A stretch of 64,000 nucleotides of DNA from Mollicutes bacterium (GTDB lineage Bacteria; Bacillota_I; Bacilli_A; Izemoplasmatales; Izemoplasmataceae). Shown one piece after another: positions 1 to 12,631 of the stretch. The stretch's first letter is position 1, and each line of letters begins with the position of its first letter. The notes below the pieces were generated by a model. It made no database searches. It was not told the DNA's origin and worked only from the letters and a program-made list of their open reading frames with translations. Both the position numbers and the translations under genes were made by a program. The DNA lies in the NCBI GenBank assembly GCA_003551005.1, contig PULR01000002.1, positions 53,809-117,808 of the forward strand. The letters run 5' to 3'.

Positions 1-66
1 CCGACAGGCGCGGATAATGCGGACCGCGACTTCACCCCGGTTCGCCACCAGCACTTTTTTAACCAT
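1..66 (-). CDS. accC: biotin carboxylase (acetyl-CoA carboxylase subunit), first 22 codons only; gene continues past the left edge
   Basis: ATG at 66 shares its A with the accB stop (TGATG). Translates MVKKVLVANRGEVAVRIIRACR, the conserved AccC N-terminus. Confidence 0.7.
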   Translation of the reverse strand, partial: MVKKVLVANRGEVAVRIIRACR

Positions 67-524
67 CATTCAATCTCCATGAGGAGCTGATCGAATTCAA
101 CTAGTTCGCCGTTGGAAGCGTGTATGGTTGAAACCGTCCCATCACAAGGCGCGGGAATCTCGTTCATGACCTTCATCGCCTCCACGATGCACAGCGTCTC
201 GCCTTGCTTGATGGTCTGTCCTTCCTGGACGAAGGGGGGCTGGTCGGGAGCCGGCGCTTCATAGAAAGTCCCCACCAGAGGCGCTTTCACAGGGGTGGTC
301 TCCCGGGAGGGTTTTTGTGGTTGCGGCTCCGCTTCAACATGCCGCCCTTCAGTCTCGCCCGCGCACTGGACAGAAACATCTTCAGACGCGTTCCGCTTCA
401 CAGGCGCAGGCTTTGAAGCCTCTTTGCGAAGCTCGACGGTCGCATCTTCTCGTTCAACCCTTAAACGAGTCAGCTCCGAGGTTTCGAATATACGGATGAG
501 CGTCTTCAATTGACGATTATTCAA
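66..524 (-). CDS. accB: biotin carboxyl carrier protein
   Basis: Biotinyl-domain motif CIVEAMKVMNEI near the C-terminus, with a Pro/Ala-rich linker. The track ORF (to 674) overlaps acpP, so I use TTG at 524 with GGGGAGG 8 nt upstream. Confidence 0.85.
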   Translation of the reverse strand: MNNRQLKTLIRIFETSELTRLRVEREDATVELRKEASKPAPVKRNASEDVSVQCAGETEGRHVEAEPQPQKPSRETTPVKAPLVGTFYEAPAPDQPPFVQEGQTIKQGETLCIVEAMKVMNEIPAPCDGTVSTIHASNGELVEFDQLLMEIE

Positions 525-548
525 GATGATCGCCTCCCCTGGATAAGT

Positions 549-578
549 GGAAAAGAACTTCGCAGATGAAAAGCGAAG
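549..578 (-). terminator. weak hairpin plus U-rich run directly after the acpP stop (possible partial terminator before accB)
   Basis: Minus strand CUUCGC, 9-nt loop, GCGAAG, followed by UUCUUUUCC. Confidence 0.3.
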
Positions 579-579
579 C

Positions 580-804
580 TCACTGGCGTTCCTGCAAATA
601 TGCCACGACGTCGCCGACCGTCCGTAGCTTCTGCGCATCGTCATCGGGAACTTTGATATCGAACGCCTCTTCAAGAGACATCACCAGTTCGACGACATCG
701 AGGGAATCCGCCCCAAGGTCATCGAGGATGTTGGCCTCCTCGGTCACTTCAGTTTTATCGACGTCCAGTTCTTCTGCAATGATGTCTCGCACTTTCTCGA
801 ACAT
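580..804 (-). CDS. acpP: acyl carrier protein
   Basis: [12 protein letters not shown] phosphopantetheine-attachment motif in a 74-aa acidic protein. The second ATG (804) has AAGGAGG 8 nt upstream. Confidence 0.93.
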   Translation of the reverse strand: MFEKVRDIIAEELDVDKTEVTEEANILDDLGADSLDVVELVMSLEEAFDIKVPDDDAQKLRTVGDVVAYLQERQ

Positions 805-827
805 ATGCATTACCTCCTTTGAATGCC

Positions 828-856
828 ATTATAAAGTCGGGGGGATGGGGTGTCAA
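828..856 (-). promoter_or_regulatory. sigma-70-type promoter for acpP
   Basis: Minus strand TTGACA (856-851), 17 nt, TATAAT (833-828). Perfect consensus. Confidence 0.6.
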
Positions 857-960
857 GGTCTTTTGATATTCAAACATAATGCAACCGACGGCATGCATCC
901 GTACACAAATTAATATGTGCCTGCATTCATGTGTTTCTTTCTTCACTTCTATCGTTAGAA

Positions 961-995
961 AACCCGCAAACGTCTTAAAAAAGCGTTTGCGGGTT
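961..995 (-). terminator. intrinsic terminator downstream of birA
   Basis: 12-bp stem AACCCGCAAACG/CGTTTGCGGGTT followed on the minus strand by UUUUC. Confidence 0.6.
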
Positions 996-1076
996 TCGTT
1001 GAATGGATTTCCATAAACGGGGCCGGCTGGATTGGCTTCTGTTTGCATGCGAAACTTTAGTTTGCTCGTCGACGCC

Positions 1077-1739
1077 TCACCAACCACGCTCGAAAGTCAA
1101 GCGGCCGCAATCCACCACGCGTCCGTCTTCAAGAACGCAACGAAAATCGTCGGTGAGAGACGCAACATTGACAACCCTGCCCCGGTAGAGAACTCGTCCC
1201 GAGTGCAGGTCAAGCGCTTCCTTGAAAATGGGAAAAAGCTTTTCCGTGGGTTGATGGAATCTTCGCAGCACCGCCCTAAAAAGCCGGCCGGCCAGCGCGC
1301 CGATATCATGGGTGCGATGGGTCCATTCCCGGATGGACGTGGTTTGAGTTTCCTCGAAGGTCTCGTTGACATTCAGGCCGATGCCCATCACGGTCCGGCT
1401 TAGGCCTTGGAGGTTCTCGATGAGGATGCCCGCGAGCTTGCCGCCCTTGTAGAGAATATCGTTGGGCAGCTTGATAGAGGCGTGAATGCCATATTCTGCA
1501 AGCGTATCGAGGAGGGCGAGCGCACCGGCCATCAGCGCCTGCTGATCGGACTTTTGGGCTTCAAGCAGGAAGGAACCGAGAAAATTCAACCCGCTTGCGC
1601 TCTGCCAGCCTCTCTCCCTTCGGCCGCGGCCGGCGGTCTGATAGTGGGCCCGGACGAGATGTGGAGGACTCAACCGATCCAGGTTGCGTTTGATGTAATC
1701 ATTCGTCGAGTCGGTGGACTGCAGAAGGGTCGTGTGCAC
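1077..1739 (-). CDS. birA: biotin--[acetyl-CoA-carboxylase] ligase, no N-terminal HTH (group I)
   Basis: GRGRRERGW motif and KLPNDILYKGGKLAGILIE. GTG start with AAGGAAGTG upstream. Confidence 0.85.
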   Translation of the reverse strand: MHTTLLQSTDSTNDYIKRNLDRLSPPHLVRAHYQTAGRGRRERGWQSASGLNFLGSFLLEAQKSDQQALMAGALALLDTLAEYGIHASIKLPNDILYKGGKLAGILIENLQGLSRTVMGIGLNVNETFEETQTTSIREWTHRTHDIGALAGRLFRAVLRRFHQPTEKLFPIFKEALDLHSGRVLYRGRVVNVASLTDDFRCVLEDGRVVDCGRLTFERGW

Positions 1740-1756
1740 TTTATCACTTCCTTGAG

Positions 1757-1786
1757 AAGAAAAACACCCTCGCCAGGAGGGTGTTT
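1757..1786 (-). terminator. intrinsic terminator downstream of dps
   Basis: Minus strand AACACCCUC, loop CUGGC, GAGGGUGUU, then UUUUCUUCUC. Confidence 0.65.
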
Positions 1787-1795
1787 CACATCGCT

Positions 1796-2233
1796 TTACT
1801 TGACGGTCTGCTCGAGGAACCAGATCTGCTTGTCGAATTCCGCGATCTGATCTTCCAGCATGGCCACCGTGCCGAAATCGCCGTTGTCATCGGCGAGGTT
1901 GCGAATCTCGGTCACGCGTTCGCGGAGGCTTTCGATGTCGTCCTTGACAATCTTGTAGGCCTCTTCATAGGGATAGTCGCGGTCCGTGAGCTCCTCGACG
2001 TTGGTCGCCTCGAGATAGCTGCGCATGGAAGCGAGCGGGAATTCGCCGAGCATCTTCAACCGTTCAGCGACCTCGTCGTAGTACTCGAAAAGCTCGTCGT
2101 AGAGCTCTTCCAGGTATTCATGCACAGGCTTGAAAATCTCACCGGTGACATTCCAGTGCAGGTTGTGGAACTTGACGTTGAGCACGGCAAGGTCCGCGAC
2201 GTATTGATTCATCAGTTTCTTTTGCTTTTCCAT
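1796..2233 (-). CDS. dps: Dps-family DNA-protecting ferritin-like protein
   Basis: 145 aa with NVKFHNLHWNVTG and EYLEELYDE, as in Dps/MrgA proteins. Confidence 0.9.
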   Translation of the reverse strand: MEKQKKLMNQYVADLAVLNVKFHNLHWNVTGEIFKPVHEYLEELYDELFEYYDEVAERLKMLGEFPLASMRSYLEATNVEELTDRDYPYEEAYKIVKDDIESLRERVTEIRNLADDNGDFGTVAMLEDQIAEFDKQIWFLEQTVK

Positions 2234-2260
2234 GTTTCGGTTCCCTCCTTAAGTTGTTTT

Positions 2261-2296
2261 CTTTAATAATTATAACACATACAGATAAGGACTCAA
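2261..2296 (-). promoter_or_regulatory. dps promoter with an overlapping PerR/Fur-like 7-1-7 box
   Basis: Minus strand TTGAGT (2296-2291), 16 nt, TATAAT (2274-2269). TTATAAT-T-ATTAAAG (2275-2261) resembles the PerR box TTATAATNATTATAA. Confidence 0.45.
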
Positions 2297-2313
2297 CCGC
2301 TTTGCTTGTTCGA

Positions 2314-2706
2314 TCAAGTCTTCGAGGCCCGGGCCTCGCGGATGTTCTCCTTGAGCTCCCGCTCAGCCTTGAGGAAGTCCCGCGTACGGCGGCGGTTCTC
2401 TTCTAAACGTTCCTTCCGCACGGCGTTCAAGTGGTCCAGCGCATTCTGCTTGTCCAGACCGACATGCGCCTCCTGTGCAAGCACGTGGACGACGCTGTCG
2501 CGTTGCTCGAACGCGCCGTTGATGACGACGGCGAAAAGGACCTCGTCGCCTCTGACCAACTTGAGATAACCGACGTCGATCGCCGAGATCAGCGGCGCAT
2601 GGTTATCGAGAACCTCGAATTCGCCGGTCCGCTCGGAGCTGACGACCACATAGTCGACCTCTTCGTTGAAGAGCTCGCCGCTGGGTGTGATGACAATGGT
2701 CTGCAT
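2314..2706 (-). CDS. atpC: F1 ATP synthase epsilon subunit
   Basis: 130 aa, last gene of the atp operon. N-terminal beta-sandwich pattern IVITPSGELF...LDNHAPL. Confidence 0.9.
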   Translation of the reverse strand: MQTIVITPSGELFNEEVDYVVVSSERTGEFEVLDNHAPLISAIDVGYLKLVRGDEVLFAVVINGAFEQRDSVVHVLAQEAHVGLDKQNALDHLNAVRKERLEENRRRTRDFLKAERELKENIREARASKT

Positions 2707-2714
2707 GGGATCAC

Positions 2715-5014
<2,300 letters not shown>

Positions 5015-5027
5015 CGTTCACACCCCC

Positions 5028-6548
<1,521 letters not shown>

Positions 6549-7064
6549 CTAATGTGTAAGACGGCCTTTCAATTGTTTGAAGGCCTTGTTGATTGTGTTG
6601 TCGACGACCTTGCCGTCGTATTCAAAACGCAATCCGCCGAGAATCTCCTCATCGATTTGGTTCTCGATGGTGACGCGACGGTTGTAGCGTGAAGCGAACT
6701 CTTCTTTCAACGCCTTGATCCGGCTTTTTTGCAGCGGACGGCGGCTGCGGACGACAACGTGCATTTCCTGATTCTCCTCCGCCTTCAGCCGGCGGTATTC
6801 CGCGAGGATGTCCTCTACATTTGCAAAGCGACGGTTGTCGACCAGCACGAAGAGGAAATCCTGAAGCAGCGGATGCAGCGACAGCTCGCCAAGGACGCGT
6901 TTCTTCTCTTTTTTGGCGACGCGGGGGTCAAGAAAGAAGCGTCGCGCCTGAGTATCGAATGCTTCGACGAAACGGGTGAACGCATCATCCACACGCTCGG
7001 TCTCATCTTGTTCCCGAGCCAGCGAAAAAAGCGCGACCGCGTATTGCTCGGCGACGGCACTCAA
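6549..7064 (-). CDS. atpH: F1 ATP synthase delta (OSCP) subunit
   Basis: 171 aa between atpF and atpA. ATGA overlap with the atpF stop. Confidence 0.88.
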   Translation of the reverse strand: MSAVAEQYAVALFSLAREQDETERVDDAFTRFVEAFDTQARRFFLDPRVAKKEKKRVLGELSLHPLLQDFLFVLVDNRRFANVEDILAEYRRLKAEENQEMHVVVRSRRPLQKSRIKALKEEFASRYNRRVTIENQIDEEILGGLRFEYDGKVVDNTINKAFKQLKGRLTH

Positions 7065-7588
7065 TGTTTGCGCACCTCTTCAATCGCCTCGTCGAGGAGG
7101 CGTTCATAGGTGGCGTCGCTCAATTGCTCGCCTGCAGCCTTTTCGCTAATTAAAGCGGCGATCTCGACAATCTCGCGCTGCAGATTGCGACGGGCGACTT
7201 CGACCTCGCGGTCTAAGTCCTGACGCGCGTTTTTCTTGATGCGTTCAGCTTCCTGTTTCGCCTCGGCCAAGATTTCCCGGCGCGTATCCTCCCCGCGGGA
7301 TTTCGCCTCATCAACAATTTCCTTGGCTTTTTGACGGGCTTCTTCCAATTCCTGCTCCGCCTCTTTTTTCATGGACTGTGCGTCCTCGTGCTTCTCGGTG
7401 GCCTCGTTCAATTCATGATCCACCGCTTCACGACGAGCGTCCAGGAAAGCCGTGACCTTGTCCCAGAGGAAGACCTTGACGACGACGACCAAAGCCGCCG
7501 TCGCAGCGAGCTGGATGACAATCTCCGTGGGAGAGACGTCGATCGCAACTTCCACGAGGCGTCGGATGGCTTCTGCAACAGCTTCCAT
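7061..7588 (-). CDS. atpF: Fo ATP synthase b subunit
   Basis: One N-terminal TM helix followed by a long charged coiled coil (EAEQELEEARQKAKEIVDEAK). Confidence 0.88.
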   Translation of the reverse strand: MEAVAEAIRRLVEVAIDVSPTEIVIQLAATAALVVVVKVFLWDKVTAFLDARREAVDHELNEATEKHEDAQSMKKEAEQELEEARQKAKEIVDEAKSRGEDTRREILAEAKQEAERIKKNARQDLDREVEVARRNLQREIVEIAALISEKAAGEQLSDATYERLLDEAIEEVRKH

Positions 7589-7608
7589 GGTGATGCCTCC
7601 TATCTACC

Positions 7609-7884
<276 letters not shown>

Positions 7885-7921
7885 TTATGAGCTAAGAGTT
7901 TATATGATGCCCCGCCACTCA

Positions 7922-8593
7922 TCAAGCGGCCTCTTCTTCCGTCTCGACGGCCATGGCGAGGAAAATGGTCAGCAGCATGAAATACACGAATGCCTGGATC
8001 AGTCCGAACCCGATGTTGAAGATTGGATGGACGACGATGATATGGGAGAGCCACCCGCCTAGGATGCCGAGCAGGTTGGCGACGATGGTCGCGATGACCG
8101 CCCCCGAAAGCAGGTTCCCGAACAGACGAAGACCCATGGCGAACGGCACCGAGAATTCGCTGATCAGGTTCACTGGAAACAGCAGCACGGAGGGGCTTGA
8201 AAGATCCTTCAGCCGACGCTTGGGCTTGCGGATGATTATCGCGGAGGCCTGGATGGTCACAAAGGCGAAGATGCTGAAGGAGACCGCTACCGACATGTTG
8301 GCAAGCGGCGGCTGAAGGCCCAGCAGGCTGGAAGTGTTGGCGGCGACGAGATACAGCAGCACGGCAAAGAGCACAGGCGCGAACAGCCGCCAGTTCTTTC
8401 CGTAGAATTCCTTGATGAAGTTGTTCAGCGCCCCGACGGCGAGAATCATATAAACCACAGGGCTTTTTACGGGGCGGGTCGGGTCCAGCTTTTCGATACG
8501 GCGCCCGATCAGGACGCTAATGACCATCAAGGCGCCGATGACAATCAACGAGGCTTTGAGAGAGGGACTGAGCCCTTCGATGAATTCAATCAT
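7922..8593 (-). CDS. atpB: Fo ATP synthase a subunit
   Basis: Polytopic membrane protein with the conserved Arg in MGLRLFGNLLSG. Confidence 0.9.
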   Translation of the reverse strand: MIEFIEGLSPSLKASLIVIGALMVISVLIGRRIEKLDPTRPVKSPVVYMILAVGALNNFIKEFYGKNWRLFAPVLFAVLLYLVAANTSSLLGLQPPLANMSVAVSFSIFAFVTIQASAIIIRKPKRRLKDLSSPSVLLFPVNLISEFSVPFAMGLRLFGNLLSGAVIATIVANLLGILGGWLSHIIVVHPIFNIGFGLIQAFVYFMLLTIFLAMAVETEEEAA

Positions 8594-8964
8594 CCCGCGT
8601 CCTCCTCCTTTCGGGAGCTAAAGGCATACACCGCTAGCATCGTCAGTTTGAACGAGAGGAAACCGAAAAACGTGAGATACGGATTCAAATCCGCATTGAT
8701 GAAGGCGTACAACAGAATAAAGGCATAAAAGAGATAGCGAAAGATCATATTCCGGACGGCCACCCGCTGGAGCCGATCGGGGTCCTCTTCGGCGGCCCGC
8801 ATGGATGAGCGGTAGTTGTGGCTGGTGAGCATCACGTTGACCAACGCGCCCAGAAAGAAACTGACGGCCGCAAAACCGTCCCCGACAAGTAAAACAATCA
8901 GTGAGACACCCAGGATGTAAAACCATACATATAGAAATGTCTTTATATACGCTTTTTCACTCAT
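8590..8964 (-). CDS. atpI: ATP synthase protein I (AtpI-like membrane protein)
   Basis: 124-aa 4-TM protein directly upstream of atpB (ATGA overlap). Called from position and topology. Confidence 0.6.
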   Translation of the reverse strand: MSEKAYIKTFLYVWFYILGVSLIVLLVGDGFAAVSFFLGALVNVMLTSHNYRSSMRAAEEDPDRLQRVAVRNMIFRYLFYAFILLYAFINADLNPYLTFFGFLSFKLTMLAVYAFSSRKEEDAG

Positions 8965-9184
8965 TGTCCTGTCTCTCTCCCAGCCGCATGACGCGGACGA
9001 TCAGATTCCGAACAGCCGCGACGGCTCCGATCACCATGAAGATCGCCGTGAATAGAAACTCGGTCCCGATCAGACGGTCCAGCGCACCACCGAGGAAAAA
9101 ACCAATCGCAATCGCGACCAGCGCCTCGGCAAAAAAATTCGTGGCCGTCGCCAGTAGTTTCAGAAGATACCGCCTGTCGGACAT
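8957..9184 (-). CDS. AtpZ/AtpR-like small membrane protein (putative F0F1-ATPase accessory subunit)
   Basis: 75 aa with 2 TM helices. GFFLGGALDRLIGTEFLFT resembles the ATPase_gene1 family motif. First gene of the atp cluster. Confidence 0.6.
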   Translation of the reverse strand: MSDRRYLLKLLATATNFFAEALVAIAIGFFLGGALDRLIGTEFLFTAIFMVIGAVAAVRNLIVRVMRLGERQDNE

Positions 9185-9208
9185 GTAATCCGCTCCTGAG
9201 AGCCGTGA

Positions 9209-9643
9209 TCAGCTCTCGAATTTCTTGACTCTGCGAGCGTGACGCTCCACACCGGAGAACGCGGTGTTCAAGAATGTATCCACAATCATTTTCGCGAGGT
9301 CCACACCCAGCACTCTGCCGCCCATCGTCAACACATTGGCGTCATTATGTTCACGTGTGGCCTTTGCGGTGAAGACATCATGCACATGCGCGGCACGGAC
9401 GCCTTTTGTCTTGTTGGCCTGGATGCTCATGCCGATGCCGGTGCCGCAGATCAGGATGCCACGGTCGGCTTTCCCCTTGGCGACATCCTTCGCGACACGC
9501 TTGGCGACATCGTTGTAATCACAGCTCTTGCCGGAATGCGTCCCGTAGTCTTCAAGAACGATGTCGGTCTTCTCCTCGAGGTGCTGCTTGATATGGTCTT
9601 TCAATTCAAAACCTGCATGGTCCGCACCAAGTAGTACTTTCAT
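9209..9643 (-). CDS. rpiB: ribose-5-phosphate isomerase B
   Basis: MKVLLGADHAGFELK and ILICGTGIGMSIQANK (RpiB/LacAB family). Confidence 0.92.
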   Translation of the reverse strand: MKVLLGADHAGFELKDHIKQHLEEKTDIVLEDYGTHSGKSCDYNDVAKRVAKDVAKGKADRGILICGTGIGMSIQANKTKGVRAAHVHDVFTAKATREHNDANVLTMGGRVLGVDLAKMIVDTFLNTAFSGVERHARRVKKFES

Positions 9644-9685
9644 CGCGTCGAACCCTCCTTGGCGTCTGAAAAAAACGCCTATCTC

Positions 9686-9713
9686 ATTATATCAAAACAA
9701 AGCCAAAAAACAA
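9686..9713 (-). promoter_or_regulatory. promoter for rpiB (and probably the atp operon, only 24 nt downstream)
   Basis: Minus strand TTGTTT (9713-9708), 16 nt, TATAAT (9691-9686) with an extended -10 TG. Confidence 0.45.
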
Positions 9714-9738
9714 CAAAGAGAGCTTCCTGAAAACCCTT

Positions 9739-10308
9739 TTATCCTTCCGGGTCGACTTCCCCGGGACGAAGAACGCGCTTGGAGGCGACATCAAAGACCG
9801 TCGAGCTGACGCCCTTGGCCGTGCCCCCCTCGACGAGATAATCGACACGGTCTGCAAAGGCTTTCGCCTGTTCAAAGGTCCGGCAGGAAGGTTCCTGCGA
9901 CCGGTTCAGACTAGTCACCGCCATCGGCCCGAAGTGACGGAGGATGCGTCGGGCGAGATCATCATCCGGCACTCTCACGCCGATGGTATCCTCACCGCGT
10001 GTCACGTGAGGGCCGACAACCTCGCTCTTCTTGACAACAAGTGTCAAAGCGCCGGGCCAGTGACGCGCGGCGTAGGGTTCGAGCTGACTAGGGTCTTGGA
10101 CTAAAGAGCGGGCGTCCTCGATGTCCGCGCACAACACAGGAAGCGGCTTCCTGTCGTCACGCCCCTTGAGTTCGTAGATCCGCTCGACGCCCTTGCGGCT
10201 GTCGATGCGGCATCCGACGCCGTAAACCGTGTCGGTCTGAAAAGCGATAACCTCATCGACGAGCGGTTTTTCCAACAATGCATCCACTGTGATGATCATC
10301 GTATTCAC
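9739..10308 (-). CDS. tsaC: L-threonylcarbamoyladenylate synthase, YrdC-domain-only type
   Basis: FQTDTVYGVGC and PGALTLVV motifs in 189 aa. ATGA overlap with the rnhB stop. Confidence 0.85.
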   Translation of the reverse strand: MNTMIITVDALLEKPLVDEVIAFQTDTVYGVGCRIDSRKGVERIYELKGRDDRKPLPVLCADIEDARSLVQDPSQLEPYAARHWPGALTLVVKKSEVVGPHVTRGEDTIGVRVPDDDLARRILRHFGPMAVTSLNRSQEPSCRTFEQAKAFADRVDYLVEGGTAKGVSSTVFDVASKRVLRPGEVDPEG

Positions 10309-10919
10309 TCCAATGCAAGGGTCTGCTGGCGAGCGATCTGGCGCTTCACAGGGGCGTAGCTACGCCGGTGGACCGGCGTCACTCCGAGACGCTCGAGCGC
10401 CTTCAAGTGTTCATGGGTCGGATATCCCATGTTCCGCTCGAAACCATAGCCCGGGTAGGTCGTCGAAAGCTCCGCCATGATCCGGTCGCGATGACCTTTC
10501 GCGACGATGCTCGCCGCGGCGATCGAGGCACTTTTCGCGTCCCCCTTGACGATGGCTTCCTGGGGCAGGTCGGTGGGAAGGGAGAGGGCATCGGATAGCA
10601 CGTAGTCACAATCCAGTCGCTCGATGGCTTGGAGCATCGCCACCTGGCTGGCTCTGAGAACATTCAGCCGGTCGACTTCCTCAGGTGGAAGGACGAACAC
10701 GGCCACTTCACAAGCATCCAGGATTTCACGGCTCAAGCGCTCACGGGCGGCCTTTCCCAGAGTCTTGGAATCCGCAAGCCCTTCAATGCGTCGGTTCAAG
10801 GGGAGCATCGCCGCGGCCGCGACCAGGGGACCGGCCAAAGGGCCTCTACCGACCTCGTCGCAGCCGGCGACGCGATATCCGGCCGCCTGCAGGGCCTGTT
10901 CACGTTCGTACATCGTCAT
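10305..10919 (-). CDS. rnhB: ribonuclease HII
   Basis: GCDEVGRGPLAGPLVAAA active-site motif. Confidence 0.92.
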   Translation of the reverse strand: MTMYEREQALQAAGYRVAGCDEVGRGPLAGPLVAAAAMLPLNRRIEGLADSKTLGKAARERLSREILDACEVAVFVLPPEEVDRLNVLRASQVAMLQAIERLDCDYVLSDALSLPTDLPQEAIVKGDAKSASIAAASIVAKGHRDRIMAELSTTYPGYGFERNMGYPTHEHLKALERLGVTPVHRRSYAPVKRQIARQQTLALE

Positions 10920-11767
10920 CCCCCGATCCGCTCGAGGGAGACTCCCCCGAAACGTCCGTGACGGAAATCCCGTAGGAACTTGTCCATCACCGTCTCATAG
11001 TCGATCGTGCCGCCCTTGTCAAGACAGCCGAGGCGTCGGCCGATCTGCTCGAAAATTTCCAGCGAGTCGAATGTGTCCAGTTTTAGGTCATAACGCTGGA
11101 CAAAAGCTTCACGATACTGCTCATACAGAACTTTGAACCCATGTATGACCACTTCGTCGCGAGGGACGAGATGATCCTTCAAAGCCCCGATGAGACCCAG
11201 ATTGTAAAGCTGTTCATCCTTGTCGAACTTCGGCAGCAACAACCCCGGGGTGTCCAGCAGCTCGAGATCATCGTGCAGACGGACGGTCTGCAGATGACGG
11301 GTCAGATTCGGTGTATCGGCGACCTGGACGGCCCGACGACGAATGAGCTGATTGATGAGGGTGCTCTTGCCGACATTCGGCGTGCCGACCACGATGGCGC
11401 GGATCGGACGTTTTTCAATCCCTTTCTGCTTAAGTTCCGCGAACTTGCGCTCAAGCAGGCTCTGGCTTTTCTCGAACAGCCGGGCGATGTGCCGGGGATT
11501 GTGCGCTTCAAGCGCCATCGAGGGCTGGCGACGCCCCTCAAAATAGCCGACGAAGCGTTTGGTCACCGCCGCGTCGGCTAGGTCCGCCTTGTTCAGAACC
11601 AATAACGAGGGCCGGTTCTCGAGCATCACCGCAAGATCTTCGTTTCGCGAAGAAAGGGGAGCCCGGGCATCGGCGACCTCATAGACGATGTCCGCCCATT
11701 TCAGTTTCTGTTTCAGCTGCGCCTTGGTCTTGGCCATGTGTCCTGGGTAGTAGCTGTGCTTCGGCAT
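10916..11767 (-). CDS. rbgA: ribosome biogenesis GTPase A (YlqF)
   Basis: YPGHMAK, a circularly permuted GTPase (NKADL before GTPNVGKST). Confidence 0.92.
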   Translation of the reverse strand: MPKHSYYPGHMAKTKAQLKQKLKWADIVYEVADARAPLSSRNEDLAVMLENRPSLLVLNKADLADAAVTKRFVGYFEGRRQPSMALEAHNPRHIARLFEKSQSLLERKFAELKQKGIEKRPIRAIVVGTPNVGKSTLINQLIRRRAVQVADTPNLTRHLQTVRLHDDLELLDTPGLLLPKFDKDEQLYNLGLIGALKDHLVPRDEVVIHGFKVLYEQYREAFVQRYDLKLDTFDSLEIFEQIGRRLGCLDKGGTIDYETVMDKFLRDFRHGRFGGVSLERIGG

Positions 11768-12622
11768 TCAATCGACCCTCCCTGCTGCATGAATCGGGGT
11801 GAAACGGAACTGCACCGTCCCGTAGATATCATCACCATCGAAGGGTCCGAGGATGCGGGAGTCCGTGGAATGCTCGCGGTTGTCGCCGAGCAGGAAGTAT
11901 TCATCCTCGCCCAGTGAAAACGAGCAGGTATCCTTGATCCCCGGACACTCGGTCGGGACTGCTTTCGGGAGAAACGGTTCTTCAAGGGGCTCTTCATTGA
12001 TTTCAAGGTCGCCCTCATCGATGACGACCTTCTCCCCGGGAAGCCCGACGACGCGCTTGATGTAGAACTGCGTGTCCGCTGTATACTCCATAGCGGCGAC
12101 AACCAGATCGAAACGCTCATAATCATCGTCCGTATGACTCATGATGATGTTGTCGCCGTCATGAAAGGTCGGTTCCATGCTGTGGCCTGAAATCGTAGCG
12201 AACGAGAAAAAGAACGCATTCACAACGACATAGCCCGCCAGCACCGCCGACGCAAAAGAGACGATGTCGAACCGCCCGACGCTTCTTTCGAGCTTCAGGG
12301 ACGAGACGCTCCGCATGCTCGCACTCACGCGGCGTTCCTTGAAAATCAGCATCAGCGCATAGAAGAACGCCAGCAGGATGAGCGGATAGGCGATGGGGAC
12401 ATCCAGCGTATCGGGAAAGAGGTCGAAATCGGCAAGCGTGGTGTGATAGAGCGTGTTGAACGGCAGATGGCGGTCAAAAAGCTGCGGCACAATCAGGATG
12501 ATGAGCAGGCTGACGATGAGCACCGCTTGTTTTCGCCGCATTCTTCTTAGCAGCAGGCGGACCTCCCGCTCCCGGACGGACTGCAGTTCATGCAAAGCTG
12601 TATGGGAATCTCGTCTGTACAT
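11768..12622 (-). CDS. lepB: signal peptidase I with an extended roughly 120-aa, multi-TM N-terminus
   Basis: SGHSMEPTF (catalytic Ser) and GDNREHSTDSR box. ATG at 12622 preferred (AGGTGA 4-5 nt upstream) over GTG at 12631. Confidence 0.88.
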   Translation of the reverse strand: MYRRDSHTALHELQSVREREVRLLLRRMRRKQAVLIVSLLIILIVPQLFDRHLPFNTLYHTTLADFDLFPDTLDVPIAYPLILLAFFYALMLIFKERRVSASMRSVSSLKLERSVGRFDIVSFASAVLAGYVVVNAFFFSFATISGHSMEPTFHDGDNIIMSHTDDDYERFDLVVAAMEYTADTQFYIKRVVGLPGEKVVIDEGDLEINEEPLEEPFLPKAVPTECPGIKDTCSFSLGEDEYFLLGDNREHSTDSRILGPFDGDDIYGTVQFRFTPIHAAGRVD

Positions 12623-12631
12623 GGCAATCAC

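Noticed and set aside
66-674. Long N-terminal extensions in the ORF track: accB to 674, rplJ to 52294, rsmI to 63503, gdpP to 29812, prfA to 25806, ffh to 18352, and the nitroreductase to 36234.
   Set aside because: The extensions overlap the upstream gene or a structured leader, lack an SD, and are not conserved-looking. Each has an internal start with a good SD at the position expected from homologues.
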